The notes under the pieces were generated by a model that saw nothing but the letters and a program-made list of their open reading frames with translations, searched no databases and had not been told where the DNA came from. The position numbers were made by a program, and so were the translations under genes. From NCBI GenBank assembly GCA_048940645.1, contig JBHLOI010000004.1, positions 54,688 through 118,687 of the forward strand: 64,000 nucleotides of DNA, in the 5' to 3' direction. Positions 1-9,870 of this stretch are shown piece after piece. Source of the stretch: Promethearchaeota archaeon. GTDB lineage: Archaea; Asgardarchaeota; Lokiarchaeia; Sigyniarchaeales; SOKP01. Numbering within the stretch: the first letter of the stretch is position 1; every line of letters starts with the position of its first letter.

Positions 1-72
1 TCTAATAACCATTCAATTGGATCTGATTTCAAATATGATTTCCAATTTCTCATTCTCTCAAACTCCTATAAA

Positions 73-1209
73 TTAAATTTTAATTTTGGATAATTTCTTA
101 AAGAGCTGTTCCTCTTCTGACAATATTTCTAAAGTAAGATTATGTAGTTCATTTAGATTTACGTGCTTTAAACATTCATTTTTATATTCATCAGCAGCAT
201 TTTTTAAAGTCTCTGCTAAAAGCGTCCATTTTTGAGCAGATGCAGTCAAGTGTGGAAGAGAAGCCTTTAAAATTTCCAATTCATCAATTTTCCATGCTCT
301 TTGACCCTCTTTTAACTCCGGGTGATCTACAAGCTCTTCGATGAAGGATTTATACAAATTTCGAAAACTTGCTCCACCAGTCCCCCAAGTTTCAATATAC
401 CCATGTATTAATTCAAAGGTTAATCTAGCAGATGATTCTTCTTTTCCATTATAGGGATTAATAATTTGACCCTTTAATGTCTCATTCCAGTTTAATATTG
501 CATTTGCGAAGCGTTTGAATCCTTGAATTCCAACATTATTCATTGATGGCCTTAACATATGATTTACAACTTTCTGGATTGCTAGCTTTACCCCTGCAGC
601 GAATGGAGGATGTTTTCCGTCCACACGTCGTTGCATTGAATATTGGGTATTGTTAGGGTGTAAGAATTTTGGACCATGTCTAGAATTTCGTGCTTTTTTC
701 AAATCTTCAATAAAAATTTCTTGAAAACCTTCAAATTCGGTATCTCCCACATACGCAAATCCTTTATCTTCATTGTATCCAGCAAGAGTTATTGCATGCC
801 CCCCAAAATGGATCTCTTCCTCTTCTTCAAAATAAGGCAAGAAACCTAAATCAACTTGAATTAATAATGGAACATCTTGCATGAGAAGCTTTTTAGATTC
901 CTCCCATGCTTTATCTGCACTTGTAAATGATTGCTTTCTTAAAGTAATACCTAAAAGCCGACAGGCTAAGGAATTTGGTGTGATTGTATCTTGTTTTCCA
1001 CCAACAAAAATAGCCATATCTGAGGGTTCTGATCCAGCTGTTCTAGTGGAGCTATCAAAATATGCAAATCCCATTGTTCCATCAAGTCCAAATGCCATTG
1101 GTTCCGACATGGGAAATCCATAAAATTCAAACATATCTCTCATTGCAGAAGATTCACAATGGGAGCCAATTTTGTGAATAAAGTTATTTACCAAATGATT
1201 CTGAGTCAA
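73..1209 (-). CDS. BtrH N-terminal domain / DUF4872-like protein with a papain-like Cys-His-Asp triad
   Basis: HCESS, GLDG, FGGHAITLAGY and VGDT motifs, plus a C-terminal GTGGASFRNLY motif typical of BtrH-like proteins. TTG start after GGAGG. Confidence 0.75.
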   Translation of the reverse strand: MTQNHLVNNFIHKIGSHCESSAMRDMFEFYGFPMSEPMAFGLDGTMGFAYFDSSTRTAGSEPSDMAIFVGGKQDTITPNSLACRLLGITLRKQSFTSADKAWEESKKLLMQDVPLLIQVDLGFLPYFEEEEEIHFGGHAITLAGYNEDKGFAYVGDTEFEGFQEIFIEDLKKARNSRHGPKFLHPNNTQYSMQRRVDGKHPPFAAGVKLAIQKVVNHMLRPSMNNVGIQGFKRFANAILNWNETLKGQIINPYNGKEESSARLTFELIHGYIETWGTGGASFRNLYKSFIEELVDHPELKEGQRAWKIDELEILKASLPHLTASAQKWTLLAETLKNAADEYKNECLKHVNLNELHNLTLEILSEEEQLFKKLSKIKI

Positions 1210-1765
1210 TTTGGCCTCCTCCTTTCTTAATTTCTTCTAAAACCCATTTCAAAAATTCAATATCAGTTCCTAATATCCTAATAGGATGTTCAAAAAGACC
1301 TCTAACATTCAATGGCATATGAGAATTCTGCTTTAACATCCACTCTAATCCCTTTTTATGTTTTTTTATTTTGGCTAATGAATGATTAATTGCCTTAATT
1401 TGTTCTTCTCTTGATAATAAAGGAAGCATTGAAAAGGCAACATAGAAATCCTCATCTTTCTTCCCCATAAATTCAGATAATACATTAATCATCTTTTTCT
1501 TTAACGCTTTAAATCCAAGATCAGTTATAGTGTAAACCTTTCGAACTCTATTATCTACTTCTTCTTCATAAAACTCTACAAATTCGGCGTCTTCCAATTC
1601 ACCTATAACCCGGTAAATTGAAGACTTCCCAATTGCAGTCCAAGCTCTCATACCTCTCTCTTCTATTCTCTGATTTATATTATAAGCATGGCTAGGAAAT
1701 TCTGCGACTAAACCTAGTAAAACAAATTGCTTATGAGTTAATCCATTTTCTGAGTTTTCAGACAT
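1184..1765 (-). CDS. PadR family transcriptional regulator
   Basis: LLGLVAE..HAYNI, SSIYRVI..LE and RKVYTITDLG winged-helix signature. Overlaps the downstream gene. Confidence 0.9.
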   Translation of the reverse strand: MSENSENGLTHKQFVLLGLVAEFPSHAYNINQRIEERGMRAWTAIGKSSIYRVIGELEDAEFVEFYEEEVDNRVRKVYTITDLGFKALKKKMINVLSEFMGKKDEDFYVAFSMLPLLSREEQIKAINHSLAKIKKHKKGLEWMLKQNSHMPLNVRGLFEHPIRILGTDIEFLKWVLEEIKKGGGQIDSESFGK

Positions 1766-1790
1766 CCTAATCTTAATTTTTTAAAAAATC

Positions 1791-1826
1791 GAATATTCTC
1801 ATTTGAGAATATTCTCATATGAGAGT
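1791..1826. promoter_or_regulatory. Tandem palindromic operator upstream of padR
   Basis: GAATATTCTCA-TT-TGAGAATATTC inverted repeat at 1791-1814, built from a 16-bp unit repeated twice. It lies between a minus-strand TTTAAATA box (~1841-1848) and the padR start. Confidence 0.7.
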
Positions 1827-1925
1827 ATATGTTAATTTTATATTTAAATCTTTTCATCAAGTTAGAGTAGATAAAATTGAAGACTACAAAAATCTATTAT
1901 TAAAAATAAAAAAAAGTTTTATGTA

Positions 1926-2732
1926 TTAACCTTGAAATCTTTTTTCCAGTGTTTTTTGATGTATTGCAAAGGCTAAAAATAGAAAACCAAATCCAAATCC
2001 TAATAAAACTAAAATGTCAATTATTAATCCAAAAGGTCCGAATGCACTAACTTCTCCTAACCCTACATTTATTATATCAAGAGAATATGTAAGTGGAGAT
2101 ATTATCGCAGTTGGCAGTGAAGTAATAGGCATAAAAAGCGGGCTAATAAATAGCAATGGAAATTTAATGAAGATTTGTAAAATCATTGTATTTCCAGGAT
2201 TTTTTGTTGGTGGAGCAGAGATAATCAAACTAAAACTAGAAAAGACTAGTGCCGAAATAATCATACCAGCAATAATTAGAAAATAATTAATAAGCAATCC
2301 ACTTGAGAGAAATATTACTCCTAAGACTAAAGGAATTGATGAGAATAACAAGCCATATATAAATGAACCCCAAATACTACCAATTAATATAGTTTTAATT
2401 GAAACTGGACAAGTAGTTAAACGCTCAAAAGTACCACGCATAGTCTCCCATGGAAAGATGATTGGGCCCAGAGAAGTTGAAGTCAAGAAAAGAACCATTG
2501 CTATTATTCCAGAAATAAGATAAACGGGTGATATAGTTCTTCCTATTGTAAAAGCAAGAAATAAAATTATCGGAAAAAATATTCCTTGAATTAATACAGG
2601 GGGTTTATTATAATAAATTTTCAAATCTTTTTTAGTTATTGTAAAAGATCTTTTTAATTGTGTTTTAAAATTTCTAAACTTGGATTTTTTAGTAATTAAG
2701 TACTCCTTATTAATTTTTACCACCCCTTTCAA
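1926..2732 (-). CDS. ABC-2 type exporter permease
   Basis: About six hydrophobic segments, with ETMRGTFERL..CP and SPLTY motifs. The start codon is uncertain. Confidence 0.9.
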   Translation of the reverse strand: MKGVVKINKEYLITKKSKFRNFKTQLKRSFTITKKDLKIYYNKPPVLIQGIFFPIILFLAFTIGRTISPVYLISGIIAMVLFLTSTSLGPIIFPWETMRGTFERLTTCPVSIKTILIGSIWGSFIYGLLFSSIPLVLGVIFLSSGLLINYFLIIAGMIISALVFSSFSLIISAPPTKNPGNTMILQIFIKFPLLFISPLFMPITSLPTAIISPLTYSLDIINVGLGEVSAFGPFGLIIDILVLLGFGFGFLFLAFAIHQKTLEKRFQG

Positions 2733-3699
2733 TGATTTTTAAAAATGCATCCTCTAATTTTGGTTGATGTGTATTTAATTGTTTTATAATTAGATGATTC
2801 TGCTTTATGAAATCTATTATTTCGCATATACTTTCATGAACGTCTTCTACAATTATGTGAAAACCTTCTCTTACCTCTTGAACTTCTCTCACTGTGCTTA
2901 ATTCTTCAATTTGGTTTTTATTTACTCCATTGGCAAAATAAAAATCGATTGCTTTATATTCCTGAGTTAAATTTTTCAAGTTTTTAGGAGTATCCAAACT
3001 TATGATTTTACCATGATGAATAATTGCAATCCTATGGCATAATTCGTTTGCTACCTCCATATCATGAGTCGTAAGGAAGATTGTCACACCTTTTTCATTA
3101 TATTCTCTAATCAATTGCTTAATAATGCGAGCAGATTGTACATCCAATCCACTTGTCGGTTCATCCAGAAATAAAATTTCTGGATCACTCATTAATGCCA
3201 TACATAGCAATAATCTTTGTTTCATTCCCTTCGAATATTTCATTGATTTCATATTACGCTTTTCATATAATTCGAATTTCTTAAGTAGAGCCTCTGCTCG
3301 TTTTAAGCGGACTTTTTTAGAAACACCATATATTTCTCCAATAAACATTAAATTTTGTAAACCTGACATTTCAAAATATACGTTTGCCTCCTCAGGAACA
3401 TTTCCAGTAATCTGTTTGACGAGAATTTGATTCTTCCATACATCCAGTCCAAATATAGATACATTTCCTTTAGTAGGGTTTAATACTCCTGTCATCATAC
3501 GAATCGTGGTTGTTTTTCCAGCACCATTAGGACCTAGAAATCCAAAGATTTCCCCCTTTTTCACCTCAAAGTTAATATTATCAACTGCTCGAATTATACC
3601 CTGCGTTCTTTGCGGACTATTTGGTCCCCTTTTCCCATTTTTCCCTTTTTTTGGGGATTTAAAATGTTTGGTTAGATTATTTACAATTATTGCGCTCAT
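2710..3699 (-). CDS. ABC exporter ATP-binding subunit (DrrA/CcmA-like)
   Basis: Walker A GPNGAGKTT, signature YSKGMKQ, Walker B LFLDEP and H-loop TTH. ATG at 3699 follows GAGGT. Confidence 0.95.
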   Translation of the reverse strand: MSAIIVNNLTKHFKSPKKGKNGKRGPNSPQRTQGIIRAVDNINFEVKKGEIFGFLGPNGAGKTTTIRMMTGVLNPTKGNVSIFGLDVWKNQILVKQITGNVPEEANVYFEMSGLQNLMFIGEIYGVSKKVRLKRAEALLKKFELYEKRNMKSMKYSKGMKQRLLLCMALMSDPEILFLDEPTSGLDVQSARIIKQLIREYNEKGVTIFLTTHDMEVANELCHRIAIIHHGKIISLDTPKNLKNLTQEYKAIDFYFANGVNKNQIEELSTVREVQEVREGFHIIVEDVHESICEIIDFIKQNHLIIKQLNTHQPKLEDAFLKIIERGGKN

Positions 3700-3709
3700 T
3701 TTAATACCT

Positions 3710-3868
3710 CTACTTCTCTTCTTCATCTAATTGAATGTGCTTTAAAAGCTCATTGATAGGTTGATCACCATGACATTTGATAATTTGATTTAGAGAACAC
3801 CCGTGTGGATGCTTATCTTTTATTTCAGGCTTATCGCAAGCACATTCTTCTGTTTCCTTTATTTTCAT
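3710..3868 (-). CDS. 52-aa Cys/His-rich micropeptide (not in ORF track)
   Basis: MKIKETEECACDKPEIKDKHPHGCSLNQIIKCHGDQPINELLKHIQLDEEEK*. GAAGGT lies upstream of the ATG, and the stop overlaps the SD of the ABC ATPase. Confidence 0.75.
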   Translation of the reverse strand: MKIKETEECACDKPEIKDKHPHGCSLNQIIKCHGDQPINELLKHIQLDEEEK

Positions 3869-3959
3869 TTTGTAATTACCTTCAATTCTTTATTTTTGGT
3901 TTTTCTTAATACTTGGAACAAGTACAACTATCACAATAGAGTTTTATAAAAATTTTTTA

Positions 3960-3986
3960 ATTAGTTAAATGATAGATTGAACTAAT
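3960..3986. promoter_or_regulatory. Imperfect inverted repeat, candidate ArsR operator between divergent promoters
   Basis: ATTAGTTAAAT-GATAG-ATTGAACTAAT with 10/11 arm match, between TATA-like boxes at ~3943-3952 and ~3998-4005. Confidence 0.5.
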
Positions 3987-4048
3987 CAAACCATATATTT
4001 AAATATTCCTAAAATTTCTATATTATAGGATTTTGAAGGTTTAAGGAT

Positions 4049-4396
4049 ATGACAAAAGAAATAGATCTTGAAAATATGGGTGATTATATAAAAGCACTGC
4101 ATTGTGAAATTCGTTGGGTTTTAATAGACATTTTACGAGATGGTCCAAAATCTTCTGATGAGATTTTTAACCATCTTAAAAGTGTTAGTGGAAAAATTAA
4201 CGATAATATAAAATGCCATGGTATGTGTGGTAAAGGAGATTTTAAGGATTTAAAGAAACCATCTTTATATTATCATCTTAGGGAATTAGAAAACGTAGGT
4301 ATTATTAAAGCAGATTACAAGCCAAGCGAAAGTAAAAGAGCCCCTGAAAAAGTATGGAAATTGAATTTGGAAAAACTAACAATAAATTTAAAATAA
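4049..4396 (+). CDS. ArsR/SmtB-like winged-helix regulator with a Cys/His insertion
   Basis: KALHCEIRWVLIDIL..GPKS and LYYHLRELENVGII motifs. An extra KCHGMCGK insert sits within the HTH region. Confidence 0.85.
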   Translation: MTKEIDLENMGDYIKALHCEIRWVLIDILRDGPKSSDEIFNHLKSVSGKINDNIKCHGMCGKGDFKDLKKPSLYYHLRELENVGIIKADYKPSESKRAPEKVWKLNLEKLTINLK

Positions 4397-4482
4397 ATTT
4401 AATCATATCCTTTCTCAACTCTAAATATAACATTAACCTTTCGAGCAACATTAACAAACTGGATTAAAAAAAAAAAGAATTT

Positions 4483-5286
4483 TTAAGTGTATTTTTCATG
4501 TAAGCTTTTTATAAAATCATCAAGTTCCTTCATAGACTTTTTTTCTGTATCATATGCAACTATCCCGCACTCATCTTCTAAATCAAAAAATGATTTAATA
4601 TATCTTTTATTCATGATGGCTAACATTGATTTTATAAAGAATAAAAATTCTGTCTGGTATTTTGTTAATTGCTTCACAAAAGTAAGAGTTTCTTCTTCAA
4701 GTTTATCCGGTGGAAACACCCGTGTTGGAAAATTAATATTTTGCAATTCTTGTATCCCTACTTTATCAGTAGTAAAAAGAAGATTTTTTGCGTAAGTTAA
4801 TCCAAATGCTATTAAAGGCAGGAATGTAGCTCCAGTCTGCGGAAAAGCGGATATAGCTATTTCCGGAAGCCTTAAATACAACTCATCCTTAGGTCTATTC
4901 GCAAACACTCGTAAGTCTGACGCCAAGGTTATTAATACTCCAAAACCAACGGCAATACCTTGGACTTGGACTATCACAGGCTTCTTTAGTAGAACAATAC
5001 TCTCATTAACGTTTCTTCCCCATTCTTGGATCATTTTTGCCTTTTCAGGAGATCCTTGAATCTCTTTTAGGTCATATCCCGCAGAAAAGAACCTATCCCC
5101 TGTACTCTTAATTAAGATACATTTAACTTTCTCATTTTTATCAGCGTCAATTAAACTCTCGTGAATCTTTTTCAACATTGCAACATTACAAGAGTTAGCC
5201 TTATCGGGTCTATTAATTGTAATAATAGCAATTCGTCCTTTTATTTCGTATAAAATCAAATCTTGGCTACTCATAAGAATTGACAC
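4483..5286 (-). CDS. Enoyl-CoA hydratase/isomerase (crotonase) family protein
   Basis: ITINRPDKAN, FSAGYDL, KPVIVQVQGIAVGFG and LPE motifs. Confidence 0.9.
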   Translation of the reverse strand: MSILMSSQDLILYEIKGRIAIITINRPDKANSCNVAMLKKIHESLIDADKNEKVKCILIKSTGDRFFSAGYDLKEIQGSPEKAKMIQEWGRNVNESIVLLKKPVIVQVQGIAVGFGVLITLASDLRVFANRPKDELYLRLPEIAISAFPQTGATFLPLIAFGLTYAKNLLFTTDKVGIQELQNINFPTRVFPPDKLEEETLTFVKQLTKYQTEFLFFIKSMLAIMNKRYIKSFFDLEDECGIVAYDTEKKSMKELDDFIKSLHEKYT

Positions 5287-5427
5287 TTAAAATTTAATTA
5301 AAGATGTAAATGGAATGATTTTTAGATTACTAATGAACTATCAATCTATTATATAATAAATATTTTAACTATTAAGGTTTATATAGACTATTATCTGAGA
5401 TAAAAACATTCAAACAATAATCGATAG

Positions 5428-5904
5428 GTGATAAATATAGAAAATATAATTATGATTAAAGAAGAATTTAATTGTGACGTACCTACAGCTTTTAAAATGT
5501 TTACAGAAAATAATTTAATCGAATCTTGGTTAACCGAGAAGGCTGATGTAGAAGCAAAAATTAGAGGTAAGTATGAGCTTTTCTGGGACCCTAACAATCC
5601 CAAAGATAATAGTACTATTGGGTGTAAAGTTACTGGAGTTGAGCCTAACAAATTTATTTCATTTGATTGGAAGGGACCTGTACAATTTAAATCCTTTATG
5701 AATTCTGCTGATCCGTTAACTCACATTATTGTATTTTTTTCTGTTAATGATCATCTGAACCAGAATAACACTAATATTTACCTTTTCCATACTGGGTGGA
5801 GAAAAACCCAAGAATGGCAAGATGCTCGTAATTTCTTTGAAAAAGCCTGGAAAAAAGCTTTCAAGGAATTAAAAGAAAGAATTAGTGAAGGAATAAATAT
5901 TTGA
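5428..5904 (+). CDS. SRPBCC/AHSA1 (START-like) domain protein
   Basis: FKMFTE..LIESW, GKYELFW, ISFDWKGP, HTGW and FEKAW motifs. The start is uncertain. Confidence 0.85.
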   Translation: MINIENIIMIKEEFNCDVPTAFKMFTENNLIESWLTEKADVEAKIRGKYELFWDPNNPKDNSTIGCKVTGVEPNKFISFDWKGPVQFKSFMNSADPLTHIIVFFSVNDHLNQNNTNIYLFHTGWRKTQEWQDARNFFEKAWKKAFKELKERISEGINI

Positions 5905-5920
5905 TGAGATTAACCCTTTT

Positions 5921-6916
5921 TCACTTATTCGTAGTAAGTACACTTTTAGGGATATGGATTGCGAATTTACATTCCAGGGCACCATTTAAAGCAGTCTGCA
6001 CAGGTTCAACTTTAATGGATTGCTCGAAAAGTTGATCCCAATAAAGCTTATACCAACCCGCACTACAATGACAGAAATCTTCTGTAATTTCTTTTTCAGT
6101 ACCATTTTTTATTGCTCCTCTAATCCAAGGACAATAACAAATAAAAAATTTCTTCATTCGATCATCTTTAGCATCTAAAAACTTCCTCATTTGGTAAGGA
6201 AGTTTTGATACATATATGATATTTTTATCTCTAATCCCTTCAGCAATCATCTGATTATTTTTTACATATTGTATTATCTCATCATCTATTTTCTGTGCAA
6301 ATTCTAAAGTACCTTCATCTCTATGTTTCTCAAGTCTTGCTATTAGATCTTGATGTTTCTTCACTAAAAAACGATCTATCCCTACTTCCTTTAGGAGTTT
6401 TTTATCACCCTCAATATCATCTGGAGGTCGTCCATGAAGGCATGGTGAAAGTAGATCAACAACTTTTTCCTTCCCAATTTTTTTTTCCAGTCTTTTTAAA
6501 ATAACCTTTGTAAATTCGGGTTTCTTTTCAGGATGAATACCAAGCGGGGGAATAATTAAATCTTGGAAGATTTCATCCCTTAAAGGTTCGCTATAAAATT
6601 CTGCTACTCTCGAGTACAAGTTATCCATTGCGTTATAAGATTCACTAATATCTATTACTTTAGTAATAAATTCATATCTCTTAGTAAAATTAGCATAGTA
6701 CATTATTGCTCTTAGGAAATCTAAAACAAATTCTCCATCCAGCGAGACGAGATATTCAGAATATTCCATAATCTTTTCAGGTAAACTTATTTCAAGGGTT
6801 AGGTTATCGTTAGAGAGAAATTTTTCATAATTCTTAATTTGTTCAATTAATTTTGTAATGATTTGACTCTCAACTTTTCTTTCTTTCAAATACTTTTTAA
6901 ATTTAGCTTCATTCAT
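5921..6916 (-). CDS. DUF6144-like Cys-rich protein with a V4R-like C-terminus
   Basis: CYCPW, FCHCSAGW..YW..LF and G..ECKFAI motifs. Confidence 0.6.
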   Translation of the reverse strand: MNEAKFKKYLKERKVESQIITKLIEQIKNYEKFLSNDNLTLEISLPEKIMEYSEYLVSLDGEFVLDFLRAIMYYANFTKRYEFITKVIDISESYNAMDNLYSRVAEFYSEPLRDEIFQDLIIPPLGIHPEKKPEFTKVILKRLEKKIGKEKVVDLLSPCLHGRPPDDIEGDKKLLKEVGIDRFLVKKHQDLIARLEKHRDEGTLEFAQKIDDEIIQYVKNNQMIAEGIRDKNIIYVSKLPYQMRKFLDAKDDRMKKFFICYCPWIRGAIKNGTEKEITEDFCHCSAGWYKLYWDQLFEQSIKVEPVQTALNGALECKFAIHIPKSVLTTNK

Positions 6917-7176
6917 GACTATTCTATTAATGAGTTATTTTGGGAAAAATATATATATTTTCAATTTCAACCTAAAAACCCTTAAATGTTATTTATATTG
7001 AAAGTGACCCACATGAGATATTTTAGGATAATCTATTCATAAATAAAAAAAAATAGGAATTACTCCAAGTAGATTTTTCAGATTCATTTGTCGAATACTT
7101 TTTCGGAAAAATTTAGATACCAATGACAATAATTTAGCATTAATAGAATAGACAGCAAAATCAGAATGTAAAAAAA

Positions 7177-8670
7177 ATGAAGGAATATAGTATTACTGAA
7201 ATTCAAGCCTTAATGAAAAAAGGTGAACTTTCTGCTAGAAAACTAACTGAAATGTATCTAACTCGCATTCATGAAATCGATAAATTGGGTCCCAAAATAA
7301 ATGCTGTAATTGAAATTAATCCAGAAGCATTAAAAGTTGCAGAAAATTTAGATGAGGAATGGAAAAACAACAAAGTTCGTGGACCTTTACATGGTATTCC
7401 GGTTATTATTAAAGATAACATTAACACTGCGGATAAGATGCAAACAACTGCGGGATCTTTAGCCCTTGAAGGGAACATTGCTTCGGAAGATGCCTTTATT
7501 GTTAAAAAGTTACGAGATGCAGGAGCAATAATTCTCGGAAAAGCAAATTTAAGTGAATGGGCAAATTTTCGTTCAACTCGTTCTACTAGTGGTTGGAGCA
7601 GTCGAGGAGGACAAACTCTTAACCCATATTCATTAGATAGAAGTCCATGTGGCTCTAGCTCTGGATCCGCTGTTGCTGTAGCAGCTAATTTATGTTCAGT
7701 TGTCATAGGAACTGAAACCGATGGTTCGATAATATGTCCTTCACATGTTAGTTCAATTGTAGGAATTAAACCAACAATTGGATTAGTTAGCCGAACTGGA
7801 ATTATACCAATTTCACATAATCAAGATACTGCTGGACCTATGGCAAGAACCGTTCGAGATGCAACGATTCTACTGGGTATAATAGCAGGGGTTGATCCTG
7901 ATGATACAAGCACTATAAAGCATAACAATGAAATTCCTTCAGATTATACGAAATTGTTAGATTCTAATGGTTTGAATGGAGCAAGAATTGGTGTTGCTCG
8001 AAACTATTTTGGTAAAAATGATCATATAGATAAAATTATAGAGGGAGCCATTAAAAAAATGAAAGCACTAGGAGCAGAAATAATAGATCCTGTTGAAATT
8101 AAAGCTATTGATGATTTAGAGGACCCTGAATTTGAAGTCCTTTTATTTGATTTTAAACATGATTTGAATGAGTATTTAGCCAAATATGGACCTGTTAATT
8201 CTATGAAGAATATAGATGATATTATCCAGTTTAACAAAGAACATCAAGAGAAAGTTATGCCTTATTTTGGACAAGAAATATTCATTATGGCAAGTGAAAA
8301 AGGCCCCCTAACGAGTGATGAGTATGAAGAAGCGTTAAAAAAATGTCATCGCTTAGCTCGAGATGAAGGAATTGATGCAGTTTTGGAAGAGCATCAATTA
8401 GATGCTATTATAGCTCCAAGTGGAGGAGCTGCTTGGCCAATAGATTATGTCAATGGAGATCATTTCACTGGGGGAAGTTCTTCTGCTGCAGCAATTGCAG
8501 GATATCCCAATATAACAGTTCCAGTAGGTTATGTGTTTGGTTTACCAGTTGGTATTTCATTTTTTGGTGGTGCTTTTCAGGAGCCAAAATTACTAAAAAT
8601 TGCGTATTCTTTTGAGCAATCAACCCAAATACGCAAATCACCTAAATTTTTACCAAAATTAGATTTATAG
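7177..8670 (+). CDS. Amidase signature family amidase
   Basis: IIKDN (Lys), GSSSGS and GTETDGSI give the Ser-cisSer-Lys triad. GIKPTIG is also present. Confidence 0.95.
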   Translation: MKEYSITEIQALMKKGELSARKLTEMYLTRIHEIDKLGPKINAVIEINPEALKVAENLDEEWKNNKVRGPLHGIPVIIKDNINTADKMQTTAGSLALEGNIASEDAFIVKKLRDAGAIILGKANLSEWANFRSTRSTSGWSSRGGQTLNPYSLDRSPCGSSSGSAVAVAANLCSVVIGTETDGSIICPSHVSSIVGIKPTIGLVSRTGIIPISHNQDTAGPMARTVRDATILLGIIAGVDPDDTSTIKHNNEIPSDYTKLLDSNGLNGARIGVARNYFGKNDHIDKIIEGAIKKMKALGAEIIDPVEIKAIDDLEDPEFEVLLFDFKHDLNEYLAKYGPVNSMKNIDDIIQFNKEHQEKVMPYFGQEIFIMASEKGPLTSDEYEEALKKCHRLARDEGIDAVLEEHQLDAIIAPSGGAAWPIDYVNGDHFTGGSSSAAAIAGYPNITVPVGYVFGLPVGISFFGGAFQEPKLLKIAYSFEQSTQIRKSPKFLPKLDL

Positions 8671-8811
8671 TAAAGAAAGATAGAGATAAAAAATTTAGTT
8701 CATAGAAATTTGTTTGAAAGTTAATATACCAATTGAATCTATATAGATTAACTTTTTTTAAAATAGAGATAATAATTACTATATTACTAATTATATTAAA
8801 ATGAAAAAATT

Positions 8812-9588
8812 ATGATAACTTGGATTTTAGGTGTAATACTAATTATTTGGATAATAATAATGCGTTTTAGTAAAGAGGGAAAAATTGAGGGAGAACCGTT
8901 ATCTTTACCACGTGGTACAATAAGAGCATTAATTACTTTATTAATTGTATCTTTTCCATTGAATAATTTAATTCAAGGTAAAGAAATTCCACCTATAATT
9001 ATTAATGCTGTTTTTATATTAGTTGCTTTTTACTTTGAAGCCAGAAAAGGTATTAAAGAAGAATTAAAAAAGATTATCAAGCATATCAAAAGTCCTGAAA
9101 AATTGGAATTAGAAACAAAAACACAAAAATATCCTTTATATTTACCAAAATACTCAGTGAGAATTACATTAATAATTATTTTAGCATTCACATTAGTTTA
9201 TAATCTACTAGGACCTATGGTCCCTTTTGTAACAACGAACACTCTTCAAGATATTTTGATTATTATTGTATTATTCATAATTGGAGCTATATTTAGAGCA
9301 ATTGGAATTGCACTTAAAAAGGGAAAGCTAAAAGAAGAAATTGAAAATATTAATGGTTATAAATCCTTATCAACTGAAGATATTATTGAGAAATTATCTC
9401 AAAAAGAAGCAAGAAAGTGGAAAACAATAGGAAAGAGCTTGATATCAATCATTTTGTTAGTTGCGATATTGATTGCATTAATGTTATATACTCTAGATAT
9501 TATTATCTTAGTTATTCCTTTCATTAATATCTCTCTAAGAGACTCATTATTACTTTTAATTAATGTCTATTATGGATTTAGAGATTAA
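8812..9588 (+). CDS. Multi-pass membrane protein with an internal duplication
   Basis: About seven hydrophobic segments. Repeated motif PLSLPRGTIR / PLYLPKYSVR. Confidence 0.7.
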   Translation: MITWILGVILIIWIIIMRFSKEGKIEGEPLSLPRGTIRALITLLIVSFPLNNLIQGKEIPPIIINAVFILVAFYFEARKGIKEELKKIIKHIKSPEKLELETKTQKYPLYLPKYSVRITLIIILAFTLVYNLLGPMVPFVTTNTLQDILIIIVLFIIGAIFRAIGIALKKGKLKEEIENINGYKSLSTEDIIEKLSQKEARKWKTIGKSLISIILLVAILIALMLYTLDIIILVIPFINISLRDSLLLLINVYYGFRD

Positions 9589-9727
9589 TATTTCTCTTCA
9601 TCTTCAAAATCTACCTATTTTTTTATTTCATTAATTCTATGTATCTACAAAACCATTGGAAAGTAAATTATATATTATTAAATATGCCAATATTAAGAAA
9701 GAATTAAATATTTCAGGAAAAAATTAA

Positions 9728-9856
9728 GAAATTTTGCAGCAATATGGTCTTTCTCGAAGAATTTATGTGAATGGTAAAATAATGGAAATAGGTCCAGAAA
9801 TAGAAAAAAATATACTAAGAAAGGCGATTGAAGCTGCCTTGTTAAAATTAAATTAG
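9728..9856 (+). pseudogene. Probable gene remnant (thioredoxin-like C-terminal fragment)
   Basis: Open frame EILQQYGLSRRIYVNGKIMEIGPEIEKNILRKAIEAALLKLN*, preceded by an in-frame TAA with no good start. Confidence 0.35.
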
Positions 9857-9870
9857 ATTTTTTTTAAATC

